A stretch of 64,000 nucleotides of DNA, taken from NCBI GenBank assembly GCA_963665125.2, contig CAXXUK010000001.1:128001-192000 (forward strand), in the 5' to 3' direction. The translations under genes were made by a program, and so were the position numbers. A model generated the notes under the pieces. The model did not search any database. It worked only from the letters and a program-made list of their open reading frames with translations, and was not told the origin of the DNA. Shown here piece after piece: positions 10,307-19,041 of the stretch. Origin of the DNA: an uncultured Desulfarculus sp. (lineage in GTDB: Bacteria > Desulfobacterota > Desulfarculia > Desulfarculales > Desulfarculaceae). Within the stretch, counting starts at the first letter, position 1. Every line of letters begins with the position of its first letter.

Positions 10307-10439
10307 GATGTTGCACCGATAACCTGTCATGCCTATACTCACTATTAATGAGGACATTAGGTGGCATATTGGGTTGGCCACCAGAAAACCGAAGTTCTCT
10401 GCCCGTTAGCTTAGCTACAGCAACTGAGCGGTAACAGTC

Positions 10440-11624
10440 GTGGCTTCCGATACGAGAGGTGGTTGGAACATGTCAGGCCCTACAGACTTAGAGAGCCAAT
10501 CGCAGGACATGCGGATTCTCCACCTTACCAGCGATATTCAAAATTCCGCGAGTGCGTCAGCAACTGGCCAGATGATAATGCATCAAGCCAATTATCAAGG
10601 GGTGAGCCCTACCCTGGCCGAGATGGGGCACGGTGCTCTCCGCGTTAGTTCTTCCGGTGACAGCGGCTTCGCACGTATTTCCCTGGATAAACCATGCACG
10701 GGTTCGTTTAGGAGGCTTTTACGGGACATTGGCACCGTTGTCAGCCGGAAAAATGTCGATGTCATACACGCCCACGACATAACGGCAGGATTTTATGCGT
10801 CAATGGCGGGAATTCGGAATTCCATCCCGACTGTACTGACCCGCCATGCTTTAGAACCTTCCGAATCCATTTTACGCCGCATTATGCGAATGGCCGTTTC
10901 GCAAATGTGCGCACGCTCTGTGTGCACTACCTCGCAGATTGTTGCCCAAGCCGTGGGAGAAGATTTCTCATCCGCTAAAAAAACGGTCCTAATCCCGGAT
11001 GGTGTCGTCCTAGGTGGGCATTCTCACGACAGTCAGCATCGAAATAAAGCCAAGGCTGCTCTACGGGTACCAGATGACGCCTTGGTAATCATGGCGGTCG
11101 GCGGGTTTAACTCCCCGGATGGCCTACTTGAAAGCCTAATCAGGGCCATCAGCCCGCTAACAGCTAACCACAAGAACCTCAAACTGGTGCTGGTGGGAGA
11201 TGGCCCGGCTCGAAGCTACCTTGAGAAGCTCGTGGATGCACTGGTTCTGAAAAAGTACGTCGTCTTTGCGGGCGAAACGGATGAAGTCAAAAACGTGCTC
11301 AGCGCAGCTGATTACTTTGTTTCTGTTCCAGACAGGGGCTGCTGCCTGAAAAACACTCTGATGGCCATGTCCTGTTCACTGCCTGTGATCTGCTGCTCCG
11401 GCAACAGGGAAATATCCGGTGTAATCGGCGACGGAGATAACGGCCTAGTGGTGGGAGATGGTGATGTTGATGCCCTGGCTGAAGTACTGAGACGAGTGGT
11501 CACCGAACCACGCCTGGCAACCTCGCTTGGGGATGCCGCACGGCAAGTTGTTGAGAAGCGTTTTACCTGGGAGCAAGTCCACTTCCAATATCTGGAAGTA
11601 TATCGCGGCGTTCTGCGCTCATAA
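10440..11624 (+). CDS. GT4 (GT-B fold) glycosyltransferase-like protein, degenerate
   Basis: DVIHAH, LVLVGDGP, AMSCSLPVI and DGDNGLVV motifs; the E-x7-E motif is absent; start position uncertain. Confidence 0.75.
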   Translation: MASDTRGGWNMSGPTDLESQSQDMRILHLTSDIQNSASASATGQMIMHQANYQGVSPTLAEMGHGALRVSSSGDSGFARISLDKPCTGSFRRLLRDIGTVVSRKNVDVIHAHDITAGFYASMAGIRNSIPTVLTRHALEPSESILRRIMRMAVSQMCARSVCTTSQIVAQAVGEDFSSAKKTVLIPDGVVLGGHSHDSQHRNKAKAALRVPDDALVIMAVGGFNSPDGLLESLIRAISPLTANHKNLKLVLVGDGPARSYLEKLVDALVLKKYVVFAGETDEVKNVLSAADYFVSVPDRGCCLKNTLMAMSCSLPVICCSGNREISGVIGDGDNGLVVGDGDVDALAEVLRRVVTEPRLATSLGDAARQVVEKRFTWEQVHFQYLEVYRGVLRS

Positions 11625-11649
11625 ACAAATCCACCTAAAACGGAGAAAT

Positions 11650-11808
11650 ATGATGGCAAAAAGATACAACGAGTGGGGTGAAGAATTGACTCCTGAAGAA
11701 GAATATGAAGAAGACGTCAGAGAAGATGACCGAAAATTCCGAGAGCGAAATGGCCTAGAAGATGACGACGATTATGCCGCTTGGCAAAAAGGAGAAAACT
11801 GGAAATAA
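11650..11808 (+). CDS. small acidic hypothetical protein (52 aa)
   Basis: GGAG RBS then ATG; MMAKRYNEWGEELTPEEEYEED... Confidence 0.65.
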   Translation: MMAKRYNEWGEELTPEEEYEEDVREDDRKFRERNGLEDDDDYAAWQKGENWK

Positions 11809-11815
11809 TTCACCC

Positions 11816-11848
11816 AAAAACCTTGGCCGGAATTTTTCCCGGCCAAGG
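11816..11848 (-). terminator. intrinsic terminator-like hairpin
   Basis: CCTTGGCCGG/CCGGCCAAGG stem with an A5 tract on its left. Confidence 0.55.
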
Positions 11849-12102
11849 CTATAGAGCGCCCCAGGAAGACCGTCATCGTCATCGTCATCCGTACTGGCCA
11901 TCCAAGATGTCTGGGCTTCCGTTGACACACGGGCTGATAATGATCCGGATTGTACGTGATGGTTCCGTGGCCTTGGGCAAGCGCAATCCACCCGATGTTT
12001 TCCAAAATCCGGCAACTCACCTACCTTTGACGTTTTCGCGTTGGTTGTTACGACATGCGCTGCCTGCGAAAATCTGAATGATGCTCACGTGAGTCTCCTT
12101 TT

Positions 12103-12143
12103 AAAAAATGGCGTGACACCGGGCTCGAACCGGCAGTCACGCC
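12103..12143 (-). terminator. intrinsic terminator after the helicase gene (tRNA-minihelix-like)
   Basis: Minus strand GGCGTGAC-T-GCCGG-TTCGAGC-CCGGT-GTCACGCC-A-TTTTTT. Confidence 0.65.
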
Positions 12144-12189
12144 GTGTGAAAAAAACTATGCGAACGCTTGAGATTGCCTGATTGTGTAA

Positions 12190-14184
12190 TTAATCGTTTT
12201 GGTCCGAAGGGATACCTTTAGTAATCGTAATCGTTCTGGCAGTTGACGACCTGCCCAATTCAACCCTTATGCCCTTTCTTTCCAAAACGGGGATGCCGGT
12301 GTTGATTTTCCGGCTCAGGGCGTTACCTTGCGTGGGCCAACTGTGGGTGTTTAAATTGGGGTCTCGATGCCTCTCAAGCAGTCCGAGAAGTTCTGTCGTA
12401 GATCCCGACCATGACGTGTGGGTTTCCATGAAATTTGCAATGGCTGACAACACGGGATCGTTCTTGATCGCTAACGATGCAGCGTTTTTGTGGTTGTCTG
12501 ATACGGCTTCTAGAAAACGAGTGCCTGACCACCCGAGTGCTTCTTCGGCAGCTGAAACCCATTTTGCAGCGTCGGCCATACGGGGCAAATAGGGAAGCGA
12601 CACTGATGAATAGTTCCTGAGAGCTGTGGTAATGGCTGAATATAGCCCTCCAAGTATTTGAGGCCGTTTTTCATAAAAGGCTGCCTCCATTTCCTTTAGG
12701 GGCTTTCTAGCGTCTTCGGGCACACGACCCAACTCAATGAAAATTGTCCGATCAAGTAGATCATTTTTCACTATGAAGTTGTTGATTCCGTTCAAAATCA
12801 CAGGGTTAGCTGACTCTATAATGAATTCTTCATCGTGGGTGTAGAACTTGCGCGTCGCATACCCGCCTCCGGTTGCCAAGATGCAGAGCGTATCGGGCAT
12901 ATTCGAATTCAAGCTTGATATGTTGTCGAAATTTAACAAGTAGTTATTGAGGGCTGACACCATAAGGTCATCGGTCTTGTCCGGAATGTGTTTGGCAGTA
13001 CTCTTCGACGGGTCGATTAACATATGAAGGAACTTGGCCATTGACGATTTGCCGGAACCAGCCGGTCCATTGATAGCGAGATGGTAATAAGGCCCCCCTG
13101 GCTGCAGACAATTGATGAGCCAACCTGCTATTAATTCACCAGTTTTATCCTCCTGGCAGTTAATCAAGCCCCGTAACAGCCCAAGGTCGCCCGGAACGGG
13201 ATCGGGAAGCGGCAACATGTTTGGTTTATGGAGCATGGGTACCGGCGACTCCGCGACGTTCGAAAAGCCGGTTCCATCGATCCTGATGGCACCCCATTTG
13301 CCGTCAGCTTTGTTGATGTAGATTGCGTCGTCATGCCGTGCCACCCTTAGGAAGACTCCTGTGTTGCTCATAGCGCCGCTCTGCTGCTTAATACGGATCA
13401 AACGCCTGAAGCTGTCCAAGGCCCTGGGTGGCGCTAGGGTACCGTACTTGTTAACGCAGTAGCCTTCGAATGCGGTTTCAAATTGGGTGGAGCTGATGTT
13501 GTAAGTGGCGAGATCTCCATTGACGCGCATACGGATGAAAAGCTGGCCTTGATGCGCAATGTGCTCTATGACCATTTCATCCAATGCTTCTTGGGCTACT
13601 TGCTGATCTCTTGGTACCTTCGCCTCGTCAGCCCGTTTATCTTCTTCTTGGATGCTGGCCTTGGCACGATCAATTTCCTTCATCATGTGATCTTGTACGT
13701 CTCCGGGCTTTTCCCGGTATCGTTCGCCAACTGCGTACTTTTTGAAAATGCCAATAATCTCTGAGTCGGAGGAGCCTGAACGTATGAGGGCCTTGATGAT
13801 CTCAAACGCGGGTTCTGATCGCTCGCCCTTTTCGCCTACTCCGTAAAGAATTTGTTTTTTGAATTTATTTGGGATATCAAGATCTTCCAGCGAAATATCA
13901 ACGCTCTCAATTCCATCACCTGGCTCCGGGTTATTGGAAGTCACATCGTCATTACCGTCATGATCGTCACCTATTTCATCGTACATCTGCTTCAAGAAGT
14001 CAGGTGCAGGTGCGAAAGCATCTCGCTCCGGTTGGCTGACTACTGGTGATTCCGCCATGTCTACGTCTTGGGGCTCATTATCTTCTTCATCCATGTAGGT
14101 TTTGTCGGTGTGATTGAGTCCCATATGGGGAGGCGTTGTCGAAAATTCGTCGGCTTCATTATTCTTTTTCAATTTCTGCTCCAA
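12190..14184 (-). CDS. phage/plasmid replication P-loop ATPase (primase-associated helicase-like)
   Basis: Walker A GPAGSGKSS; Walker B LLNFDN; TGGGYATRKFYT; PVILNGI; DLLDR; acidic disordered N-terminus; start uncertain. Confidence 0.78.
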   Translation of the reverse strand: MEQKLKKNNEADEFSTTPPHMGLNHTDKTYMDEEDNEPQDVDMAESPVVSQPERDAFAPAPDFLKQMYDEIGDDHDGNDDVTSNNPEPGDGIESVDISLEDLDIPNKFKKQILYGVGEKGERSEPAFEIIKALIRSGSSDSEIIGIFKKYAVGERYREKPGDVQDHMMKEIDRAKASIQEEDKRADEAKVPRDQQVAQEALDEMVIEHIAHQGQLFIRMRVNGDLATYNISSTQFETAFEGYCVNKYGTLAPPRALDSFRRLIRIKQQSGAMSNTGVFLRVARHDDAIYINKADGKWGAIRIDGTGFSNVAESPVPMLHKPNMLPLPDPVPGDLGLLRGLINCQEDKTGELIAGWLINCLQPGGPYYHLAINGPAGSGKSSMAKFLHMLIDPSKSTAKHIPDKTDDLMVSALNNYLLNFDNISSLNSNMPDTLCILATGGGYATRKFYTHDEEFIIESANPVILNGINNFIVKNDLLDRTIFIELGRVPEDARKPLKEMEAAFYEKRPQILGGLYSAITTALRNYSSVSLPYLPRMADAAKWVSAAEEALGWSGTRFLEAVSDNHKNAASLAIKNDPVLSAIANFMETHTSWSGSTTELLGLLERHRDPNLNTHSWPTQGNALSRKINTGIPVLERKGIRVELGRSSTARTITITKGIPSDQND

Positions 14185-14549
14185 ATTTGCTTTGTTATGA
14201 CCGCCTGCACGGGGCAGGCGGAGTTGGAAGGCCTGCTGCTACTACAGGCGCTTGTCTTTGGAGCGATCACCGCTATTCGATATCTTGGATGGTCCGTCGT
14301 GCCGACCGTCTGGTTGGTGGCCTCTCTGGGCCATCTGATTGCAGCTGTTTTGGCAGCTGGTTTGTACTCGGTTCCTCCTTTCCGGGAGAGGCATCGGCTG
14401 CCGAAGGTTTAGTTCCGGAAGCCGGTGCCGCCCGGTGCCCAGCTTGCATGACCGGGAACACAAAGATTATCTAAATTGTTAGACGGATATTGATATCCAC
14501 GGGGTCGACAACATCAGCCATCTGAAGCTGACCGGTGGTGCCGTCACCG

Positions 14550-15032
14550 CTACACGAACGGCAAATCGATCTTTGACAATTCCCGGTCCGCCACTATTCG
14601 ATAGAGCTTTTTGGTATCGGGATGAACAGAGCCGGGGCATACGGCACATCCGCCATCACCACGGATGTCAAAACCCTGTTTTTTGAAGGACTTGCTGCCA
14701 TATGCCCGCTCGCCATCGGGATATTTATAATAAAGGTGGTAACCCTTGCCGGTTTTCACGGCAAAGGTGGCGGCTAACTTCCAGCGTTTTTGTTTCATGG
14801 TTTGTCTGAAGAGGGCCACATCATCAATATCTATTACGATAATTCCACTTGCTGGACCGCATGCGGTCACCGCATTGCGTCCCACAAAGTCCTTTGGGTC
14901 GAATGGCCGCTTCTCCCGACACCAACGGGTCCATCCCGTTTCGGTTGGTTTCTTGCCGCTGGCGGGGACCAACGAGAAACCGCGCTGGGCCATCATCTTG
15001 AATTGGGATAAGTCACTTTGAGCAAAAGTCAT
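14550..15032 (-). CDS. bifunctional DNA primase/polymerase (Prim-Pol) N-terminal domain protein
   Basis: VIDID, TGKGYHLYY and DIRGDGG...PGSVHP motifs; AAGGAG RBS. Confidence 0.85.
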   Translation of the reverse strand: MTFAQSDLSQFKMMAQRGFSLVPASGKKPTETGWTRWCREKRPFDPKDFVGRNAVTACGPASGIIVIDIDDVALFRQTMKQKRWKLAATFAVKTGKGYHLYYKYPDGERAYGSKSFKKQGFDIRGDGGCAVCPGSVHPDTKKLYRIVADRELSKIDLPFV

Positions 15033-15429
15033 TTTTGTTCTCCTTGTGTCGGTAACCGGTATGTTCACAATTGGCGCGACACTGTAAAATGTAATGTAAA
15101 TTAATAAGTTAAGGCAATATATGGCCATCCCATCAATCCTCCCTGCGGATGGAACGGGCTGGGGTGTATTAGCTATTTGTCGTGGTTTGTCTTGATCGGT
15201 TGGACAAATGCGTGGCTGGGACCAACCATAAGGCGAATAGACCGACAGTCTAAATATCTAGGTACCCAGATCAGGTCTCTTTTATAGTTTGTCATGAATG
15301 ATTTAGCGTGCCGATAGTCAATAGAAATATTTGTACGTATATCATGTTGACATTAAAGCATAATACAGAAAATAGTTGACATGTCAAACATTCAAGGTTG
15401 TTTAATTTTAACACCGTTTACCTTTCCCC

Positions 15430-16119
15430 TTGTTTGGAGCAACCATGGCAGCGTTCGTCAATTTTTCACCTGGGCGTATGAAGTCAGCTAAAGTGGGCTA
15501 TGAAGAAATGTCTGATATTGCAGCGAAAATATATAGAACTGATAAAGGTAGCCGGATTACAACAGTATTGTCCTACGCTGTTCGGTTAACATTTTTACTC
15601 CTGCTAAGGAGGAAACAGGTTTTTGAACTGACCAGGGGGATTGCATCCGGACCAGATTATAGCCAGACCGCACCTCTTCTACGCACCGTACATACTGCTG
15701 AGATGATTTGTTACTTGAGCGGGGTTGAGGAATGGCCACTTCGCGAAGACTACTCAAGGGGTTGCTTGGACATTACTAAAGATAACAAACTGTCATGTTG
15801 GTGCAGATCAATCGAACATATAGCGCCATGGCAAGAGTACTATGAAAAATTAGTAGCCCTTTATGGGAACAACGCTGATGAGCCGTTGTTTCCTAATGAG
15901 AATGGGAAAAAATACTATGCTTCGAGATTCGGAGAGCGTCTAGCAAAATATACTGGCTATACATTGCGGGATTTCAGGACATTTGGCCTCTTTTTCTATT
16001 ATGATCGGCTCATCAGGCAAGGATTCCGACCCCGAAACGCCATTAGTGCCCTGGCGAAGTTGACGAATCTTACCGAATCCTATCTAATCGGGCGATTTAC
16101 AGGGCATTATGGTGCTTGA
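15430..16119 (+). CDS. divergent tyrosine-recombinase-like catalytic-core protein
   Basis: LLLRRKQVFEL (box I-like), PLFP and YTLRDFRTFG (box II-like). Confidence 0.45.
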   Translation: MFGATMAAFVNFSPGRMKSAKVGYEEMSDIAAKIYRTDKGSRITTVLSYAVRLTFLLLLRRKQVFELTRGIASGPDYSQTAPLLRTVHTAEMICYLSGVEEWPLREDYSRGCLDITKDNKLSCWCRSIEHIAPWQEYYEKLVALYGNNADEPLFPNENGKKYYASRFGERLAKYTGYTLRDFRTFGLFFYYDRLIRQGFRPRNAISALAKLTNLTESYLIGRFTGHYGA

Positions 16120-16384
16120 CTTTTTTGTGGAGGGGGCAAGTCTAGTATGGTCAGATTAAAGGCTGATCTCTGTAATAATGATGCGGGTTTGCCGTACGGA
16201 ATGAGTGGTAATCATGAAGTTAACTACTGAAAAAACTGGCCAAGCTCCAGGTAAATACGCGCACCATCCTCAATACCACAAATGCTCCGCAAAGCCTGGT
16301 CGATTCTTTTGGGTAAATGCCACTTGACAATAAACGCAAACATCTTGACAATAACACAAGCTAAACTTTCCAATAGGGGTGGCT

Positions 16385-17401
16385 ATGCTTGACAAAGAAT
16401 CAGTTGAACAGCAGGCTTTGGCCCTGATCGCCCAGGATGGTAGCAATGTAGCCCCCCGTTTGGCGGTCGAATTAGGCATTTCCCGCCAAGCTGTCAACGC
16501 TCATCTGCGACGGCTTGTTGATAAGAAGCTTGTAACAGCCACGGGTAGCACTCGCGCTCGGGTTTACAGCTTAGCCATCCTATGGGAGGAGACACGAGAC
16601 TACCACTTGGAGGGGTTGAGTGAGGATCTGGTTTGGCGAGAGAGTTTTGCGCCGAAGCTGGCCGATCTGCCCTTCAGCGTGCGCGATATCTGGCATTACG
16701 GTGTTACGGAAATGGTCAACAACGCCATTGACCATTCTGAAGGCAGCCAACTGAAAATACTGGTGCAGGGTAATGCCCATCACGCTTGCGCCCAAATCAA
16801 GGATGACGGCGTGGGCATTTTCCACAAGATTCAGTTGGCGCTGGGCCTGTACGATCCACGCGAGTCAATCCTTGAACTGGCAAAGGGAAAATTCACCACC
16901 GACCCAGCCCGACACTCAGGGGAGGGTATTTTCTTCGCGTCCAAGCTTTTTGATGAATTCGCCATTATGTCGGGCGGGTTGCATTTTCAACATGATCACG
17001 GCCAAGCCGATATATTGAAGGGTGGCAGTGATGATGTATCAGGCACCGTGGTGCGGTTGCAGTTGGCCAACCAGAGCCAAAGGATTATGCAGGAGGTGTT
17101 TGACCGCTTCGCTGCCCCCGAAGAGTATAGTTTTGCCGAAACTGTGGTTCCCGTGCACTTGGCCCAATACGAAGGCGAGAAGCTGGTGTCGCGCTCCCAG
17201 GCCAAACGGTTATACCAACGTTTCGAACGATTTAAGCGCGTGGTGTTGGACTTCACAGACGTCGCCGAGATCGGGCAGGCCTTTGCCGACGAGTTGTTCC
17301 GCGTTTTTGCCAAGTCCCACCCGGAGGTGGATTTGCAATACGTGAATCTGACAGATGCCGTTGAACGCATGATCAAGCGGGCCCTGTCTGTTGATGCCTG
17401 A
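16385..17401 (+). CDS. HTH + HATPase + STAS-like (DUF4325-type) protein
   Basis: LGISRQAVNAHL HTH; EMVNNAIDHS, DDGVGI and SGEGIFF; LVSRSQAK...LDF...AFADELF. Confidence 0.85.
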   Translation: MLDKESVEQQALALIAQDGSNVAPRLAVELGISRQAVNAHLRRLVDKKLVTATGSTRARVYSLAILWEETRDYHLEGLSEDLVWRESFAPKLADLPFSVRDIWHYGVTEMVNNAIDHSEGSQLKILVQGNAHHACAQIKDDGVGIFHKIQLALGLYDPRESILELAKGKFTTDPARHSGEGIFFASKLFDEFAIMSGGLHFQHDHGQADILKGGSDDVSGTVVRLQLANQSQRIMQEVFDRFAAPEEYSFAETVVPVHLAQYEGEKLVSRSQAKRLYQRFERFKRVVLDFTDVAEIGQAFADELFRVFAKSHPEVDLQYVNLTDAVERMIKRALSVDA

Positions 17402-17530
17402 CGTGCTTCGTCGGCTTAAAACAGGAAGGGTGGTGGGCCTTGCTGATCATAATATTGGTGCATTTTTGATACTCGTGGTGAGTGTCAAAGGGTAGGGTAA
17501 GTGCTTGAAATAACTTGATAGGGCATTGCG

Positions 17531-17575
17531 CTCCGGAGCCAAAGGCCGTGGGTTCGAATCCCGCACCGCCCACCA
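17531..17575 (+). repeat. att core: 3' half of tRNA-Arg(CCG), copy 1
   Basis: CTCCGGA anticodon loop, GGTTCGAATCC T-arm and CCA end; no pairing 5' half upstream. Confidence 0.85.
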
Positions 17576-17583
17576 ATGATATC

Positions 17584-17615
17584 AAAGGGTTACGTCGCAA
17601 GGCGTAACCCTTTTT
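17584..17615 (+). terminator. intrinsic terminator after att copy 1
   Basis: AAAGGGTTACG/CGTAACCCTTTTT. Confidence 0.8.
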
Positions 17616-17710
17616 GCTTGGATTTTTATACTTTTTTATACTCGGTGGCTGAAAAATAAAAAATGACCGAAAAGAGACTCCGCTGATAGAAGTCTCTTAG
17701 TTGGGGTGAA

Positions 17711-18727
17711 TCATTGGTCTTCTGGTTCGTCGTCCAGCGTGGGCATGAGCTTGGCCGCTTTCTGCTGGGCAGTTTTCATGACGCCACCGTAGACATCAAG
17801 GGTGGTGCTCAAGCGGCGATGGCCTAGTTGGTGCTGGACGGCAGCTGGATCGGCTCCATTCGCCAGCATCTCTGTTGCAGCCACATGGCGCAAATCATAC
17901 ATGCGAATGGAACTGTCACCGTAGCCTGCACGCTCTTTTGCACTGCCCCAGGCCCTTTTTAGGCTTTTAATCTGTCTACCTCTGAAGTGGACCACCCAGG
18001 GGATGTTGGCAGACTTGTCCTGCTCATATCTGGACCTGGCTTTTTTCATGAACGACTCTGGCGGGTAGACGGTTTTACGTCCGGCTCCTTTGCCCTGTAT
18101 GATCTCCACACACCCGCTCTGCCACTTGAAGCTGGACCATTTCAACCGTAACAACTCTACCTCTCCTGGTCTCAGAGCCAGGCATAGGCTTACCTCAAAA
18201 GCCCATTTCAGGTGCGGAGCGGCATGGCCCATAATCGTTTTGAAATCATCGAGGGTTGCCGTGACTACGTGATCCTCTTCCTTGAGCTTTGGTGCGCCAT
18301 GCCATGGATTGCGTACCAAAAGCTCTTGGGAAATGCCCCAGTTGAACATGGCGATTAGATAGGCCTGGGCCTTGTTCCTGGTGGCATTCTTGACATTGCC
18401 CATGCTAAGACGCATGGTTTCAAGATCACGCTTGTTGATCTTGTCACAGGGCTTTTCCAAGAAGCTGGCGCATGCCTTGGTGAGGTAATTAACCATGGCT
18501 TTCTGGGTTATGCGGTCCAGGGAATTCTGCTTCGCTTCGAAATAGCTGTTAGCCAATTCCGCCAGCGTGGGGGTATGTGCGTTGGCTGCTGCAAGGTTTT
18601 GTTTGATTTGATCATCAAATGCGAGGGCTTTTGCCTCACCGTCCTTGCCAAAGCTTTTCATTGTCCACTTACCATTTTGTTTGAATTTGACGACCCAATA
18701 GCCATCCTTTCGTTGATGTACTGACAT
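17711..18727 (-). CDS. tyrosine integrase
   Basis: LRPGEV (R), MYDLRH, QLGH and TTLDVY (Y) motifs; N-terminal arm-binding-like segment. Confidence 0.92.
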   Translation of the reverse strand: MSVHQRKDGYWVVKFKQNGKWTMKSFGKDGEAKALAFDDQIKQNLAAANAHTPTLAELANSYFEAKQNSLDRITQKAMVNYLTKACASFLEKPCDKINKRDLETMRLSMGNVKNATRNKAQAYLIAMFNWGISQELLVRNPWHGAPKLKEEDHVVTATLDDFKTIMGHAAPHLKWAFEVSLCLALRPGEVELLRLKWSSFKWQSGCVEIIQGKGAGRKTVYPPESFMKKARSRYEQDKSANIPWVVHFRGRQIKSLKRAWGSAKERAGYGDSSIRMYDLRHVAATEMLANGADPAAVQHQLGHRRLSTTLDVYGGVMKTAQQKAAKLMPTLDDEPEDQ

Positions 18728-18753
18728 TGTGACCTTCCTTTGCGACCCTGGCC

Positions 18754-18960
18754 CTAAGACCAACGCTTGACAAGGTCAACGCCGGTTACGGATGATTTTC
18801 TTGGTTGTGAGGAAGGTAGGATTGTCTCAATCGCATCTGTGTGGAACTTGATGGCATCAAGGTGCCCTCTAATTTCGGCGATCTGTTCCTTGGATAGTGG
18901 GAAGTCGATGATAAGGGGAATCTCTGGTTTTTGGTTTTGAATGTTGTCGTTTCTTTTCAT
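18754..18960 (-). CDS. hypothetical protein
   Basis: GGAG RBS before MKRNDN...; co-oriented with the integrase. Confidence 0.5.
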   Translation of the reverse strand: MKRNDNIQNQKPEIPLIIDFPLSKEQIAEIRGHLDAIKFHTDAIETILPSSQPRKSSVTGVDLVKRWS

Positions 18961-19041
18961 TGAACAATCTCCATTTTTGGAGTTTGTCCTCATGGAGCAG
19001 AATTGGTTCACATATGTAATATCGCCCATTATGTCAACATG

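Noticed and set aside
11755..12089. Small minus-strand ORFs with MTMTMT or poly-Asp
   Set aside because: The low-complexity peptides derive from the CGTCAT repeat; there is no family evidence
14185..14549. Readthrough fusion of Prim-Pol and helicase
   Set aside because: The frames differ and tandem TAG stops at 14239-14244 block the helicase frame
17499..17575. Complete tRNA-Arg gene
   Set aside because: Upstream sequence cannot pair with the acceptor strand ACCGCCC or form a proper D-arm; only the 3' half is present
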